16,026 nucleotides of DNA from Candidatus Woesearchaeota archaeon (GCA_964573185.1 CAZNIQ010000016.1:1-16026); one strand, 5' to 3'; numbered from the stretch's first letter, positions 6,109 to 13,592 are shown. The notes: generated by a model not told the origin, from the letters alone. Numbers and translations: made by a program.

Positions 6109-6393
6109 TTATTGCTTCTTTTCTAAAACGATTTCAATAGTAGATACCCTTCTTTTCCTTCCTTGTTGATCTGTAAATTCTTCTGAATCTATTTTTACTT
6201 CCTTTACGTCTACCTGTCCTACTAAAAATCTCTTTCTCACCATTTCTGCTACATCTACTGCTCTAGAGATATATCTACCTCTTGCCTTTATTACTACTCT
6301 TTGTGCTCCTTGTGTTGTAAATTGCATTACTACTGCTGTTACGTAGTTCATGAATGGCTTGTTTCCGACATATACTACTGCCTCGGTCATCAT
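6109..6393 (-). CDS. albA: Alba (Sac10b-family) DNA/RNA-binding chromatin protein
   Basis: The sequence [19 protein letters not shown]...[24 protein letters not shown]...RVSTIEIVL matches the Alba family consensus throughout. Confidence 0.9.
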   Translation of the reverse strand: MMTEAVVYVGNKPFMNYVTAVVMQFTTQGAQRVVIKARGRYISRAVDVAEMVRKRFLVGQVDVKEVKIDSEEFTDQQGRKRRVSTIEIVLEKKQ

Positions 6394-6599
6394 GAGAGGA
6401 TTATTTTACCTTCTTTTATTTTCCTATAGAGATGGGTTATATACCCAGCAAGGATATTTCTTAATCTTTTCGATCTAATTTCAGCAATTTTTTCCAATAT
6501 TTTCTTATTCTTTTGAAAATCTTCAGTGAATATAGGTAAGTATTTTTTGAGTATTTCCTTTCCGAGCCTTTTTATCAGCTTTGTCCTTATCCTTCCCAT
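6390..6599 (-). CDS. rps17e: Ribosomal protein eS17 (S17e)
   Basis: [20 protein letters not shown] is the typical eS17 N-terminus. I trimmed the start from the track's 6638 to the ATG at 6599, because the 13-aa extension (MNIFKCFTLKFTI) covers the promoter box. The stop overlaps the albA start (ATGA). Confidence 0.9.
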   Translation of the reverse strand: MGRIRTKLIKRLGKEILKKYLPIFTEDFQKNKKILEKIAEIRSKRLRNILAGYITHLYRKIKEGKIILS

Positions 6600-6623
6600 G
6601 ATTGTGAACTTTAAAGTAAAACA

Positions 6624-6631
6624 TTTAAAAA
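6624..6631. promoter_or_regulatory. Shared TATA-like box (TTTAAAAA) between rps17e (start 6599, -) and ORF 6651 (+)
   Basis: The two start codons are 52 bp apart. The box centre at 6627.5 is 28.5 nt and 23.5 nt from the two ATGs. Confidence 0.45.
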
Positions 6632-6650
6632 TATTCATATAGAAACCGTT

Positions 6651-7037
6651 ATGATTATCATTGGATTACAGTACTTCCTGGATATGTATAGAGTTTATGG
6701 TTTTTCAAAAAGAGTATTCTTGAGAGGAAATATGAGTGGTTTAGTTATACAAAACAACGAACTATCTTTGCAAATAGATTATATTTTATGGCCAAGATCG
6801 TTGGAAATAAAAGTTGAAGAGAAATATAGAGCTGCAAGTATCTCTAGTAATTTATATATAATGGTTACTCGTAAAAAGATAAACAAATCTTTTAAAAGGA
6901 CTTTAGATGACCTTTTCAATGACGACAGAATAGAAGATTATACAAAACAAATCAAAATATCCGAAGACGAATGTGTAAGGATAATACCACAAATTGGGCA
7001 AGCATATTATCCTCCCGTTGTCATATGTAAAATATAA
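6651..7037 (+). CDS. Hypothetical protein (128 aa)
   Basis: ORF with a start at the leaderless distance from the shared A/T box. I recognise no family. Internal starts (M12, M28) cannot be excluded. Confidence 0.55.
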   Translation: MIIIGLQYFLDMYRVYGFSKRVFLRGNMSGLVIQNNELSLQIDYILWPRSLEIKVEEKYRAASISSNLYIMVTRKKINKSFKRTLDDLFNDDRIEDYTKQIKISEDECVRIIPQIGQAYYPPVVICKI

Positions 7038-7063
7038 AAATATTAAATATAGAAAGGGAGTGT

Positions 7064-7588
7064 ATGAACGTAAAACATAAGAATCCACCAGAAGATATTT
7101 TTGTTTTTATAGAAATTCCCAAGGGAAGCAATGTAAAATACGAGTACGACGAGGAAAGCGGATTAATAAAAGTGGATAGGATTTTGTATACGGCTATGTT
7201 TTACCCATTTAATTATGGTTTCATCCCCGGAACCTTAGAAGAGGATAGAGATCCCTTGGATTGTTTAGTAATTTCCTATGATACCTTTTTACCCGGGGTA
7301 CTAGTTAGAGCAAGACCAATAGGAGTTCTAATAACCGAAGATGAGGAAGGTGTTGATAGAAAAATAATTGCTGTTCCGCATGAAAAGATAGATCCGAGAT
7401 TTAAAAACGTAAGAGATATTGGTGATTTGCCAGAAGCTGTACTAAATCAAATAAAACATTTCTTTGAACATTATAAAGAATTGGAACCTGGAAAATGGGT
7501 AAAAGTAAAAGAGTTTAAGGGAAGAGAAGAATCTCTAAAAATAATAAAAGAAGCTTTTGATAGAGCTACCAACAATCCAACCACCTAA
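7064..7588 (+). CDS. ppa: Family I inorganic pyrophosphatase
   Basis: [14 protein letters not shown]...[33 protein letters not shown]...[18 protein letters not shown] matches the soluble PPase active-site signature regions. Confidence 0.95.
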   Translation: MNVKHKNPPEDIFVFIEIPKGSNVKYEYDEESGLIKVDRILYTAMFYPFNYGFIPGTLEEDRDPLDCLVISYDTFLPGVLVRARPIGVLITEDEEGVDRKIIAVPHEKIDPRFKNVRDIGDLPEAVLNQIKHFFEHYKELEPGKWVKVKEFKGREESLKIIKEAFDRATNNPTT

Positions 7589-7967
7589 ACTCAAATGTAA
7601 GGCCCTCTTCTACTGCGTTCTCTATTTTTCCTCTATGTTCCCTTAATTTAACAACATTATTTGGTGTTACTCGTAACTCTATATACCCATCCTTAAGTAA
7701 GACAACTGCCTCATAGTTGTCCTTATTTTCTTTATAAATTCTTATTTCTGAAATCTGTGAGCGCCTTTCATTTAAAATTCTCTCTAACGTTTCTGCAAGC
7801 GTATTATAGACAGATCTATCCACATCTTTATAGCATACTTCATCATTTCCTTGTCTTTTGAAATAATATATATGGCCATCCGCTCCAACCTCTACTGGTG
7901 CCCCATACTTGTTTACAATATCTTCAAGGGTTTTATATAAGGGGTTTGCCTCGTTTGCCTCTTTCAT
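7566..7967 (-). CDS. Hypothetical protein (133 aa)
   Basis: An A/T box at 7990..7997 is centred 26.5 nt upstream of the ATG at 7967. The composition is non-repetitive. The 3' end overlaps ppa by 23 nt. I recognise no family. Confidence 0.65.
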   Translation of the reverse strand: MKEANEANPLYKTLEDIVNKYGAPVEVGADGHIYYFKRQGNDEVCYKDVDRSVYNTLAETLERILNERRSQISEIRIYKENKDNYEAVVLLKDGYIELRVTPNNVVKLREHRGKIENAVEEGLTFEFRWLDCW

Positions 7968-8055
7968 ATAATTATAATATCATCAAATCTTAAAAATGTT
8001 TCTGTAGAAGACTATGTCAAAAACTAATATAAAGTGTAGGAAATTAAAATAAATT

Positions 8056-8280
8056 ATGGATAAGGGGATGCTTGCTGTTATTGTTGGTACAATATTCTTC
8101 TTAAACTATATGATGTCAATGCTTTTCGGAACAGGGTTTGGAATTGTAGTTTATACGCTAAATAAAACAAAATGCATAGAAGCGGGAATAGGGATAGGAA
8201 TAGCTTTACCTAATGATTTTAAGGGCGTAAAATTAGTAGAAGTGATAAATACATGTAAACCCGGGCCCGCCGGGATTTGA
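8056..8280 (+). CDS. Possible small membrane protein (74 aa)
   Basis: It has two hydrophobic segments (MLAVIVGTIFFLNYMMSMLFGTGFGIVVY and AGIGIGIAL). An A/T box TAATATAAA at 8025..8033 is centred 27 nt upstream of the ATG. The last 19 nt run antisense into the 3' end of tRNA-Arg, so the C-terminus (PGPAGI) may be fortuitous. Confidence 0.4.
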   Translation: MDKGMLAVIVGTIFFLNYMMSMLFGTGFGIVVYTLNKTKCIEAGIGIGIALPNDFKGVKLVEVINTCKPGPAGI

Positions 8281-8336
8281 ACCCGGGACCTCCGGGTTAG
8301 AAGCCCGGCGCTCTATCCAAGCTGAGCTACGGGCCC
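8262..8336 (-). tRNA. tRNA-Arg (anticodon UCU), 75 nt, no encoded CCA, no intron
   Basis: The reverse complement is GGGCCCGTAGCTCAGCTTGGATAGAGCGCCGGGCTTCTAACCCGGAGGTCCCGGGTTCAAATCCCGGCGGGCCCG. The acceptor stem is GGGCCCG/CGGGCCC and the D arm is GCTC/GAGC. The anticodon stem is CCGGG/CCCGG with loop CUUCUAA. The T arm is CCGGG-TTCAAAT-CCCGG. Confidence 0.95.
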
Positions 8337-8378
8337 AATGTTTTAATTTTATATATAACCTTTTTTAATTTTATTTAG

Positions 8379-9377
8379 ATGCACATACTTGCTTTTGGAG
8401 ATCCAGAAGGCATATTACAAAGGCGAAGAAGAACGGTCCAGAAGATTATTGAAAAATTTTCTCCAGAATATGTTATTTTCTTAGGAGACTATTATTCTTG
8501 GAATTTACCATATTATCTAAAATTGAAAAATTACTTAAAATCCGGGGATTTTTATGATTTATTTCCAGAGGCAAAAATAATAAAAGATATAAAAAATAAA
8601 TTCAATTTTGTTTTTGTTTATGGAAATAAAGATGTTAGACCTGAAGTTCTAAGATTAAGAAGAGAAAAGGAAAGGTTAAAACCTGAAAACTTCTATTTTA
8701 TTTTAGATAAATATGGAGAAGTAGAAGAATTCTTTGTAATAAATGGATCAGACATTTTACCATTTCCAGAAAAAACCAGTAATCCATTATACAAGCAATT
8801 TGAAGAGTTTGATAATGAAATTAAAAAATTGAAAGAAAAGTATAAAGTAAGAAGGCTAAAGAGTATTCCTAAGGAAGAGCTAAAGAAACTAAGAAATAAG
8901 TATAAATTACCTTTTTTATTACTAAACTATTCTTATTTTTATAGTTTGCGTTTTGCTTCAAGATTAAGAACTAATAAAGAAATCCTATTAACACATACAC
9001 CACCTTATCTTAAAGGGGAAGAACTAATAGAGGGAGTTTACCCTGATGAAGCAATATACAAGGTACTTCACAATGGAATAACACCTGCAGATCCACAAGA
9101 TCCCGAAGCAATCAAAGAAAATGTCGGAAATAAATATATTTCGAGGTTCATTTTAAAGAATAACATCAAATTGGTATTTTGTGGTCACATACATGAAGGA
9201 TCTGGAATTGCGAGAATTAGAGAAACAAATACTGTAGTAATTAACCCCGGGAGCGTTTCGGCATTTGTTAATAAAGAAAGAATAATTCCCTATGTTTTTG
9301 TCAAAATTTATGAAAATAAAATAAAGATATTCCTTAATAGCTTCTATTTAAAAAAAGAAATTTTATTAGATATTTAA
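8379..9377 (+). CDS. Calcineurin-like metallophosphoesterase with degenerate motifs and a long Lys/Glu-rich insertion
   Basis: The motif order is AFGDPEG (I), FLGDYY (II), YGNKD (III), LTHTPP (IV), CGHIHEG (V). A TATA-like box at 8349..8358 is centred 25.5 nt upstream of the ATG. Confidence 0.75.
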   Translation: MHILAFGDPEGILQRRRRTVQKIIEKFSPEYVIFLGDYYSWNLPYYLKLKNYLKSGDFYDLFPEAKIIKDIKNKFNFVFVYGNKDVRPEVLRLRREKERLKPENFYFILDKYGEVEEFFVINGSDILPFPEKTSNPLYKQFEEFDNEIKKLKEKYKVRRLKSIPKEELKKLRNKYKLPFLLLNYSYFYSLRFASRLRTNKEILLTHTPPYLKGEELIEGVYPDEAIYKVLHNGITPADPQDPEAIKENVGNKYISRFILKNNIKLVFCGHIHEGSGIARIRETNTVVINPGSVSAFVNKERIIPYVFVKIYENKIKIFLNSFYLKKEILLDI

Positions 9378-9384
9378 ATAGTGG

Positions 9385-9531
9385 TTAAAAATAGTTGCGT
9401 ATAATTTTTTCTCTTTTTTCTCTCTCTCCTACAATTTTTATATCCTTAATAATTGTCTCTTGTTCGAATAAAACGCTAACTAATTTATCCAGATTGTTCA
9501 AATTCTCAATTATATTTAATAGTCCTGTCAT
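9385..9531 (-). CDS. Unannotated small ORF (48 aa), hypothetical
   Basis: Not in the ORF track. Translated by hand: MTGLLNIIENLNNLDKLVSVLFEQETIIKDIKIVGEREKREKIIRNYF, then TAA. The box TTTAAAAA at 9554..9561 is centred 26.5 nt upstream of the ATG at 9531. The ORF fills an otherwise empty 186-nt convergent gap. Confidence 0.45.
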   Translation of the reverse strand: MTGLLNIIENLNNLDKLVSVLFEQETIIKDIKIVGEREKREKIIRNYF

Positions 9532-9553
9532 AAAAATAATTACTAAAGTAACC

Positions 9554-9561
9554 TTTAAAAA
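9554..9561 (-). promoter_or_regulatory. TATA-like box for the small ORF 9385..9531
   Basis: The A/T octamer lies immediately downstream of the Lrp stop codon (9564..9566) and 26.5 nt upstream of the ATG at 9531. Confidence 0.4.
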
Positions 9562-9563
9562 TA

Positions 9564-9974
9564 CTACCTCACTATTTCAGTTATTATTGCTGGACAAACT
9601 CTTTTTACACCATTTATTTTTTCTATCTTTTTATGAATTTCTTTTAATTTCTCAGAGTTATTGCAAATTATTTTTACAATAATATCATGATCCCCAGCAG
9701 TTAGATAGATTGCTTTTATTTCTTTAATTTTCTTTAGCTCATTAAGAACATCTAACAGTTTCTCTGGTTCAACATCTATTCCTGTTAAAGATACTGAAAA
9801 TACTTTTGGGTTTACATCAATTGTAAACCTCATTATAACTTTGTTTTCAATCAATCTTCTAATTCTATATCTTATAGAACCTTCAGAGAGATTTAGTTCT
9901 TTAGCTAATTCAATATTTTTCATTCTTGAATTGTCCAGCAATTTCTCTAGTAGTATTATATCTTTCTCGTCCAC
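9564..9974 (-). CDS. Lrp/AsnC-family transcriptional regulator
   Basis: The N-terminal HTH DIILLEKLLDNSRMKNIELAKELNLSEGSIRYRIRRLIENKVI is followed by a RAM/AsnC-type C-terminal domain. The start is a GTG at 9974. An A/T box is centred about 27 nt upstream. Confidence 0.9.
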   Translation of the reverse strand: MDEKDIILLEKLLDNSRMKNIELAKELNLSEGSIRYRIRRLIENKVIMRFTIDVNPKVFSVSLTGIDVEPEKLLDVLNELKKIKEIKAIYLTAGDHDIIVKIICNNSEKLKEIHKKIEKINGVKRVCPAIITEIVR

Positions 9975-10040
9975 GTTTGCTATTACCGTTGATAATATAT
10001 TTAAATTTTATTACGAAAATCGTAATGAGCTTTTCGAAAA

Positions 10041-10049
10041 TTTTATAAA
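10041..10049 (+). promoter_or_regulatory. TATA-like box (TTTTATAAA) of the peroxiredoxin gene
   Basis: It is centred 26 nt upstream of the ATG at 10071. No Shine-Dalgarno sequence is present. Confidence 0.5.
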
Positions 10050-10070
10050 GTATAACGAGTAAGGTTAAGC

Positions 10071-10739
10071 ATGATGCCAGCACTAGGAGAAAGATTTCCA
10101 GAGGTTGAGGTAAATACAACACATGGAAGAATAAGATTGCCAGACCATTTTAGAGGAAAGTGGTGGGTATTGTTTTCCCATCCAGCAGACTTTACACCAG
10201 TATGTACAACAGAGTTTATAGAATTTGCAAAAATGTATCCTAAGTTTAAAGAAATAAATACAGAGTTGATTGGATTATCTATAGACCAGGTATTTTCTCA
10301 CATAAAGTGGATTGAGTGGATAAAAGAAAAATTTGGAATAGAAATACCATTCCCTATAATTGCGGATGACCAAGGGGAACTAGCTAGAAGATTAGGAATG
10401 ATTTCTCCTTACAAAGGAACCAATACCGTTAGAGCAGTATTTATAGTCGATCCAGAAGGAAGGATAAGGGCAATATTATATTATCCACAAGAAACTGGAA
10501 GAAACATTACAGAAATTTATAGGTTAGTATTAGCTTTACAAACAGCAGATAAATATGGAGTAGCAACACCAGCAAACTGGTATGTTGATAGATTAGAATG
10601 GAAATCTTCTTCAGTAGTAGGAGATAATGTAATAATACCACCAGCAAGCAATCTAGAAGAAAAGAAAGACAGAGAAGAAAAAGCAAAGAAGGGAGAGATC
10701 AAATGCTTCGATTGGTGGTTCTGCTACAAGGAGCTTTAA
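10071..10739 (+). CDS. prx: Archaeal-type peroxiredoxin (Prx6-like thioredoxin peroxidase)
   Basis: [14 protein letters not shown] contains the peroxidatic Cys motif. The C-terminal CFDWWFC pair is characteristic of the Aeropyrum/Pyrococcus-type decameric peroxiredoxins. Confidence 0.95.
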   Translation: MMPALGERFPEVEVNTTHGRIRLPDHFRGKWWVLFSHPADFTPVCTTEFIEFAKMYPKFKEINTELIGLSIDQVFSHIKWIEWIKEKFGIEIPFPIIADDQGELARRLGMISPYKGTNTVRAVFIVDPEGRIRAILYYPQETGRNITEIYRLVLALQTADKYGVATPANWYVDRLEWKSSSVVGDNVIIPPASNLEEKKDREEKAKKGEIKCFDWWFCYKEL

Positions 10740-10777
10740 CTCCTTAATTTTTTAAATATAACATAGTTATACTTTGA

Positions 10778-11743
10778 ATGTCCACTAAATGCAGGATAAG
10801 GAATTTTCAGCCGGGATTCTTTGCTATACCCGTTGGATTAGCAGGATTAGCAATCGCATATGAGAAATTAGCTTCAATTTTAAACAATAATACTTTATGT
10901 TTAATTGGAAAATATTTAGGAATTGGTGCAATAGCAGTTTGGTTCATTATAGCTCTTTTATATATATTAAAGTTTGTCTTAAATAAAGAAGGAGTTATAA
11001 AAGATTTTCAACATCCAATAAAATCAACCATACTTTCTTTAGCACCTATAGGCTTATTAGTTTCGTCTATAGCTCTATCAAAATTCTTTCCACAATTTGC
11101 CTTCACATTATCCATTGCGGGAGCAATTGTTCAAATATTGTTTACCTTTTACATATTTAGGTTTTGGTTAAATAAAGATATTCATTTAGATCATATAACT
11201 CCTACTTGGTACATTCCAGTAGTTGGAAACATCTTAGTTCCTATAACTCCCTTAAACAAAATCTTAGGTATATTTAACTATTTCTTTTTATCCTTTGGTC
11301 TAATCTTTTGGATAATCTTAACTACAATAATCTATTATAGAAAGTTCTTCCACAGCCCTATAAGTGACGAACTTTTGCCCTCTCTGTTTATAATGCTAGC
11401 ACCACCTTCAATAGGGTTTATAAGCTACTATAACGTTACGCATACATTTGATACTTTTGCACATATTTTATATTTCATTGCACTCTCGTTCTTCTTTGTT
11501 TTACTAACGATCTTTGACAAATTCTTTAAAATAGAGTTCAGAATTACATGGTGGGCTTATATATTTCCTATAGATGCGTTAACAATAGCAACTTTTCTCT
11601 ATTATCATTTAGACAAAAATGTCTTGTTCTTAAAACTTGGAGAAGCTTTCTTGGCCCTAGCAACGATTTTATTAGTAATTGTTACATATAAAACCCTAAA
11701 AGCAATAAAGAAAGGGGAGATATGCTTAAGAGCAGAGCAATAA
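10778..11743 (+). CDS. TehA/Mae1 (TDT, SLAC1-homologous) family anion channel/transporter
   Basis: It has about 10 hydrophobic helices. GFFAIPVGLAGLAIAY, HPIKSTILSLAPIG, TPTWYIPVVGN and WWAYIFPIDAL align by eye with conserved segments of Haemophilus TehA. Confidence 0.85.
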   Translation: MSTKCRIRNFQPGFFAIPVGLAGLAIAYEKLASILNNNTLCLIGKYLGIGAIAVWFIIALLYILKFVLNKEGVIKDFQHPIKSTILSLAPIGLLVSSIALSKFFPQFAFTLSIAGAIVQILFTFYIFRFWLNKDIHLDHITPTWYIPVVGNILVPITPLNKILGIFNYFFLSFGLIFWIILTTIIYYRKFFHSPISDELLPSLFIMLAPPSIGFISYYNVTHTFDTFAHILYFIALSFFFVLLTIFDKFFKIEFRITWWAYIFPIDALTIATFLYYHLDKNVLFLKLGEAFLALATILLVIVTYKTLKAIKKGEICLRAEQ

Positions 11744-11774
11744 GCCTTATAAATAGCAATCTCAAATAAAAAAT

Positions 11775-12107
11775 ATGATTAAAGAAGAACATAATCCAAA
11801 ACACACTCCTGTAATTGAAATAGAAAAAGAAGGGGAATTATATAAAATAACCGTTGAAGTTGGGAAAGAAGTTAAACATCCAAATGAACCTTCGCACAAC
11901 ATACAATGGATTGACATTTATTTTCAGCCAGAAGGAAAGGAAATAGTTCATATAGCAAGAATAGAGTTCAAAGCTCATGGAGAATATAATAATTACACAG
12001 AACCGAAGGCAACTGTTTATGCCAAGTTAGATGGAAGAGGAAAAATAATTGCTATAGCTTATTGTACCTTACACGGTCTATGGAAAGCTGAAAAAGAAAA
12101 AGAATAG
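11775..12107 (+). CDS. sor: 1Fe superoxide reductase (neelaredoxin-type)
   Basis: It aligns by eye along its full length with Pyrococcus furiosus SOR. The iron ligands are present: KHTP (His), HPNEPSH (two His) and CTLHGLW (Cys and His). The conserved Glu preceding Lys-His is replaced (NPKHTP). Confidence 0.9.
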   Translation: MIKEEHNPKHTPVIEIEKEGELYKITVEVGKEVKHPNEPSHNIQWIDIYFQPEGKEIVHIARIEFKAHGEYNNYTEPKATVYAKLDGRGKIIAIAYCTLHGLWKAEKEKE

Positions 12108-12108
12108 A

Positions 12109-12891
12109 CTATTTTGCTAATTCTTCAATAAGCTTTTCATTTTGGGCCAATTTTTCTAATGCTTTTAATGCTTTATCTTTATATTTGGTTAATAATTGAA
12201 TTGCTAATTGTGCAGCTTTATAATATGCACCAGCTTCCCCTACAATTACAGGTGGTTTGTTTGGTAACACGCTTAATGCGTGATCTGGATGATAAAATGT
12301 GGGATACGCTGTTCCTTGAATAAATGGTGCTCCTTCAAATGTCTCAACTCCGTATTGTTTTGCCAATGCTTGCACGACATATGCTATGGATCTTGGTAAA
12401 TGAAGGGCATCTGTAACACTTGCTGCAAATAGTATATTATCTAAACTTTCTTTTTTCTCTAGAATTTCAGTAGCTTGTGAAATATTTTCGATAGATCTTT
12501 TTGCTTCAGTTTCTAATATTGGCTCTACTTTGTTTTTAGTTGCGTTATCAAATATTAAGTTCATAAATCTTCTGTATGCGTCATATAATACCTCTGCCTC
12601 TGAAACGTTTCCCAAAACAGGTGTAGTTCCCCTAGCACCAGTAAATATAACATACACTTTTTGTATATGTGGTTGTGAAGCCAATAAATACGTTTGTAGA
12701 ACTCCTGCTATTGCTCTTTTTATATTCATACCATAAACGTGTTCTGGGTCCTCTTGCCTAGGTCCTCTACCGTATCCATGAATAACAACAAATGCTACCT
12801 TTCTATCTAACTTTTTCTCTAATCTTTCACTGTACATATCTAATAGAGTTCTGTATACTACCTTATAAGGGAGGTCCGGTTCTCCTGCCAT
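12109..12891 (-). CDS. DUF218/YdcF-like domain protein
   Basis: The order VAFVVIHGYG ... VIFTGARG ... SEAEVL ... ETEAKRSIENI ... ASVTDALHLPRS follows the DUF218 pattern (GG ... sGG ... sEAe ... E..S.nT.EN ... T..yH..R). An A/T box at 12913..12921 is centred 26 nt upstream of the ATG at 12891. The functional call is tentative. Confidence 0.6.
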   Translation of the reverse strand: MAGEPDLPYKVVYRTLLDMYSERLEKKLDRKVAFVVIHGYGRGPRQEDPEHVYGMNIKRAIAGVLQTYLLASQPHIQKVYVIFTGARGTTPVLGNVSEAEVLYDAYRRFMNLIFDNATKNKVEPILETEAKRSIENISQATEILEKKESLDNILFAASVTDALHLPRSIAYVVQALAKQYGVETFEGAPFIQGTAYPTFYHPDHALSVLPNKPPVIVGEAGAYYKAAQLAIQLLTKYKDKALKALEKLAQNEKLIEELAK

Positions 12892-12965
12892 TTATTCATA
12901 ATAACCATTTTATTTTTAAAATTTTCTATATTGTTTTTTAAGAAATAAAATAATTATGATCCTTT

Positions 12966-13280
12966 ATGAAAATCTCAATGGATACTCAAAAAGTAGAAGA
13001 AGCGATTAAAGAATTTAATAATCTACATAAGGCAGAATGTAAACTTTTGGAGATTAAAGACGACACTATCAAAGTTCTATTTAAAGGACATATTTGCTGG
13101 ACCTGTGGAACTTATGATTACTTTGAAGATCTTGCAGTGATGATTTCTGAGAAAACAGGAATTAAGCTGGGTGTTGAAAAATACGAACAACAAGAGGATG
13201 GTTCATATATAGTTTATTATAAACCAAAGGAAAAAATAAAAGAGGTTAAAAGAGATATACGCGTATTTATATTAGAGTGA
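12966..13280 (+). CDS. Hypothetical small protein with a CWTC (CxxC) motif
   Basis: 104-aa ORF. I recognise no family. Its TGA stop is embedded in the C box of the downstream sRNA. Confidence 0.65.
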   Translation: MKISMDTQKVEEAIKEFNNLHKAECKLLEIKDDTIKVLFKGHICWTCGTYDYFEDLAVMISEKTGIKLGVEKYEQQEDGSYIVYYKPKEKIKEVKRDIRVFILE

Positions 13281-13325
13281 TGATGGGTTGATGGGTCTGA
13301 ATATGATGATCCCTGGAGAGGCTGA
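13277..13325 (+). ncRNA. C/D box sRNA (box-to-box coordinates)
   Basis: The forward strand reads GUGAUGA-UGGGUUGAUGGGU-CUGA-AU-AUGAUGA-UCCCUGGAGAGG-CUGA. The boxes are canonical, and the guides are 13 nt (D') and 12 nt (D). It fills the gap between two convergent stop codons exactly. Confidence 0.8.
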
Positions 13326-13592
13326 TTAAACTAAGTTTATTATCTTTGGACAATATTTGCACAAAACTTCTGATAAAGACCGCTTTGTTTCATATATTTC
13401 TTTTGCAATCTCATCTATTATTCTTATATTCAAAAGTTTTCCTCTTTTGGCTCTTAAATAATTACTAATTTCAGCTTGGGAAACCTCCAATAACTTTGCT
13501 ATTTCTTTCTGTGATAATCCATAAGAATAAAGTTTTACAGCAAGTGTTGCCCTTATTTTAGGTAGCAATTTCATCATATACTTGCATCTCAT
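13326..13592 (-). CDS. Small HTH transcriptional regulator with a C-terminal CxxC
   Basis: GLSQKEIAKLLEVSQAEISNYLRAKRG is a helix-turn-helix of the archaeal ...SQ.A.S.YL..KRG type. Cys residues are at positions 3, 78 and 81 (CKYC). It is divergent from the SUF-like operon. Confidence 0.75.
   Translation of the reverse strand: MRCKYMMKLLPKIRATLAVKLYSYGLSQKEIAKLLEVSQAEISNYLRAKRGKLLNIRIIDEIAKEIYETKRSLSEVLCKYCPKIINLV

Noticed and set aside
6387-6393. ATGATGA (reverse strand) at the albA start. There are similar C-box-like heptamers at 13571..13577 and 7840..7846 (reverse strand), and CTGATGA at about 2537 and 9044 (forward strand).
   Set aside because: These are Met-Met or in-frame codons inside CDSs. 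None has a CUGA 12-13 nt downstream or a second box pair.
6600-6638. 13-codon N-terminal extension of rps17e in the track.
   Set aside because: eS17 proteins begin MGR(V/I)RTK. The extension covers the A/T promoter box, and the internal ATG at 6599 fits the leaderless spacing.
6903-7088. Track ORF (61 aa, reverse strand) spanning the 6651..7037 / ppa junction.
   Set aside because: It overlaps two forward-strand genes and the ppa promoter. Its composition is aromatic-rich and low-complexity.
7566-8336. Possible integrated-element remnant downstream of the tRNA-Arg 3' end.
   Set aside because: There is no integrase-like ORF and no second copy of the tRNA 3' segment in the flanking region. The next gene, ppa, is core housekeeping.
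9395-9682. Track ORF (95 aa, forward strand) across the gap and into the Lrp gene.
   Set aside because: It is a low-complexity F/S/L/I string and overlaps the well-supported Lrp gene antisense. The reverse-strand 48-codon ORF with a proper promoter explains the gap better.
9841-10122. Track ORFs 9841..10062 (+) and 9910..10122 (-) around the Lrp/prx divergent promoter region.
   Set aside because: Both overlap the Lrp coding sequence and/or the two promoter boxes and the prx start. They have shadow-ORF composition and no independent support.
10517-10702. Track ORF antisense within the peroxiredoxin gene.
   Set aside because: It is embedded antisense in a highly conserved gene.
12530-12736. 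Track ORF antisense within the DUF218-like gene.
   Set aside because: It is embedded antisense in a longer ORF that has a promoter. It shows no distinguishing features.
13137-13150. GTGATGA followed 3 nt later by CTGA inside ORF 12966..13280, which looks like C and D boxes.
   Set aside because: A spacing of 3 nt cannot hold a guide. There is no C'/D' pair, and it lies inside a coding sequence (AVMISEK).
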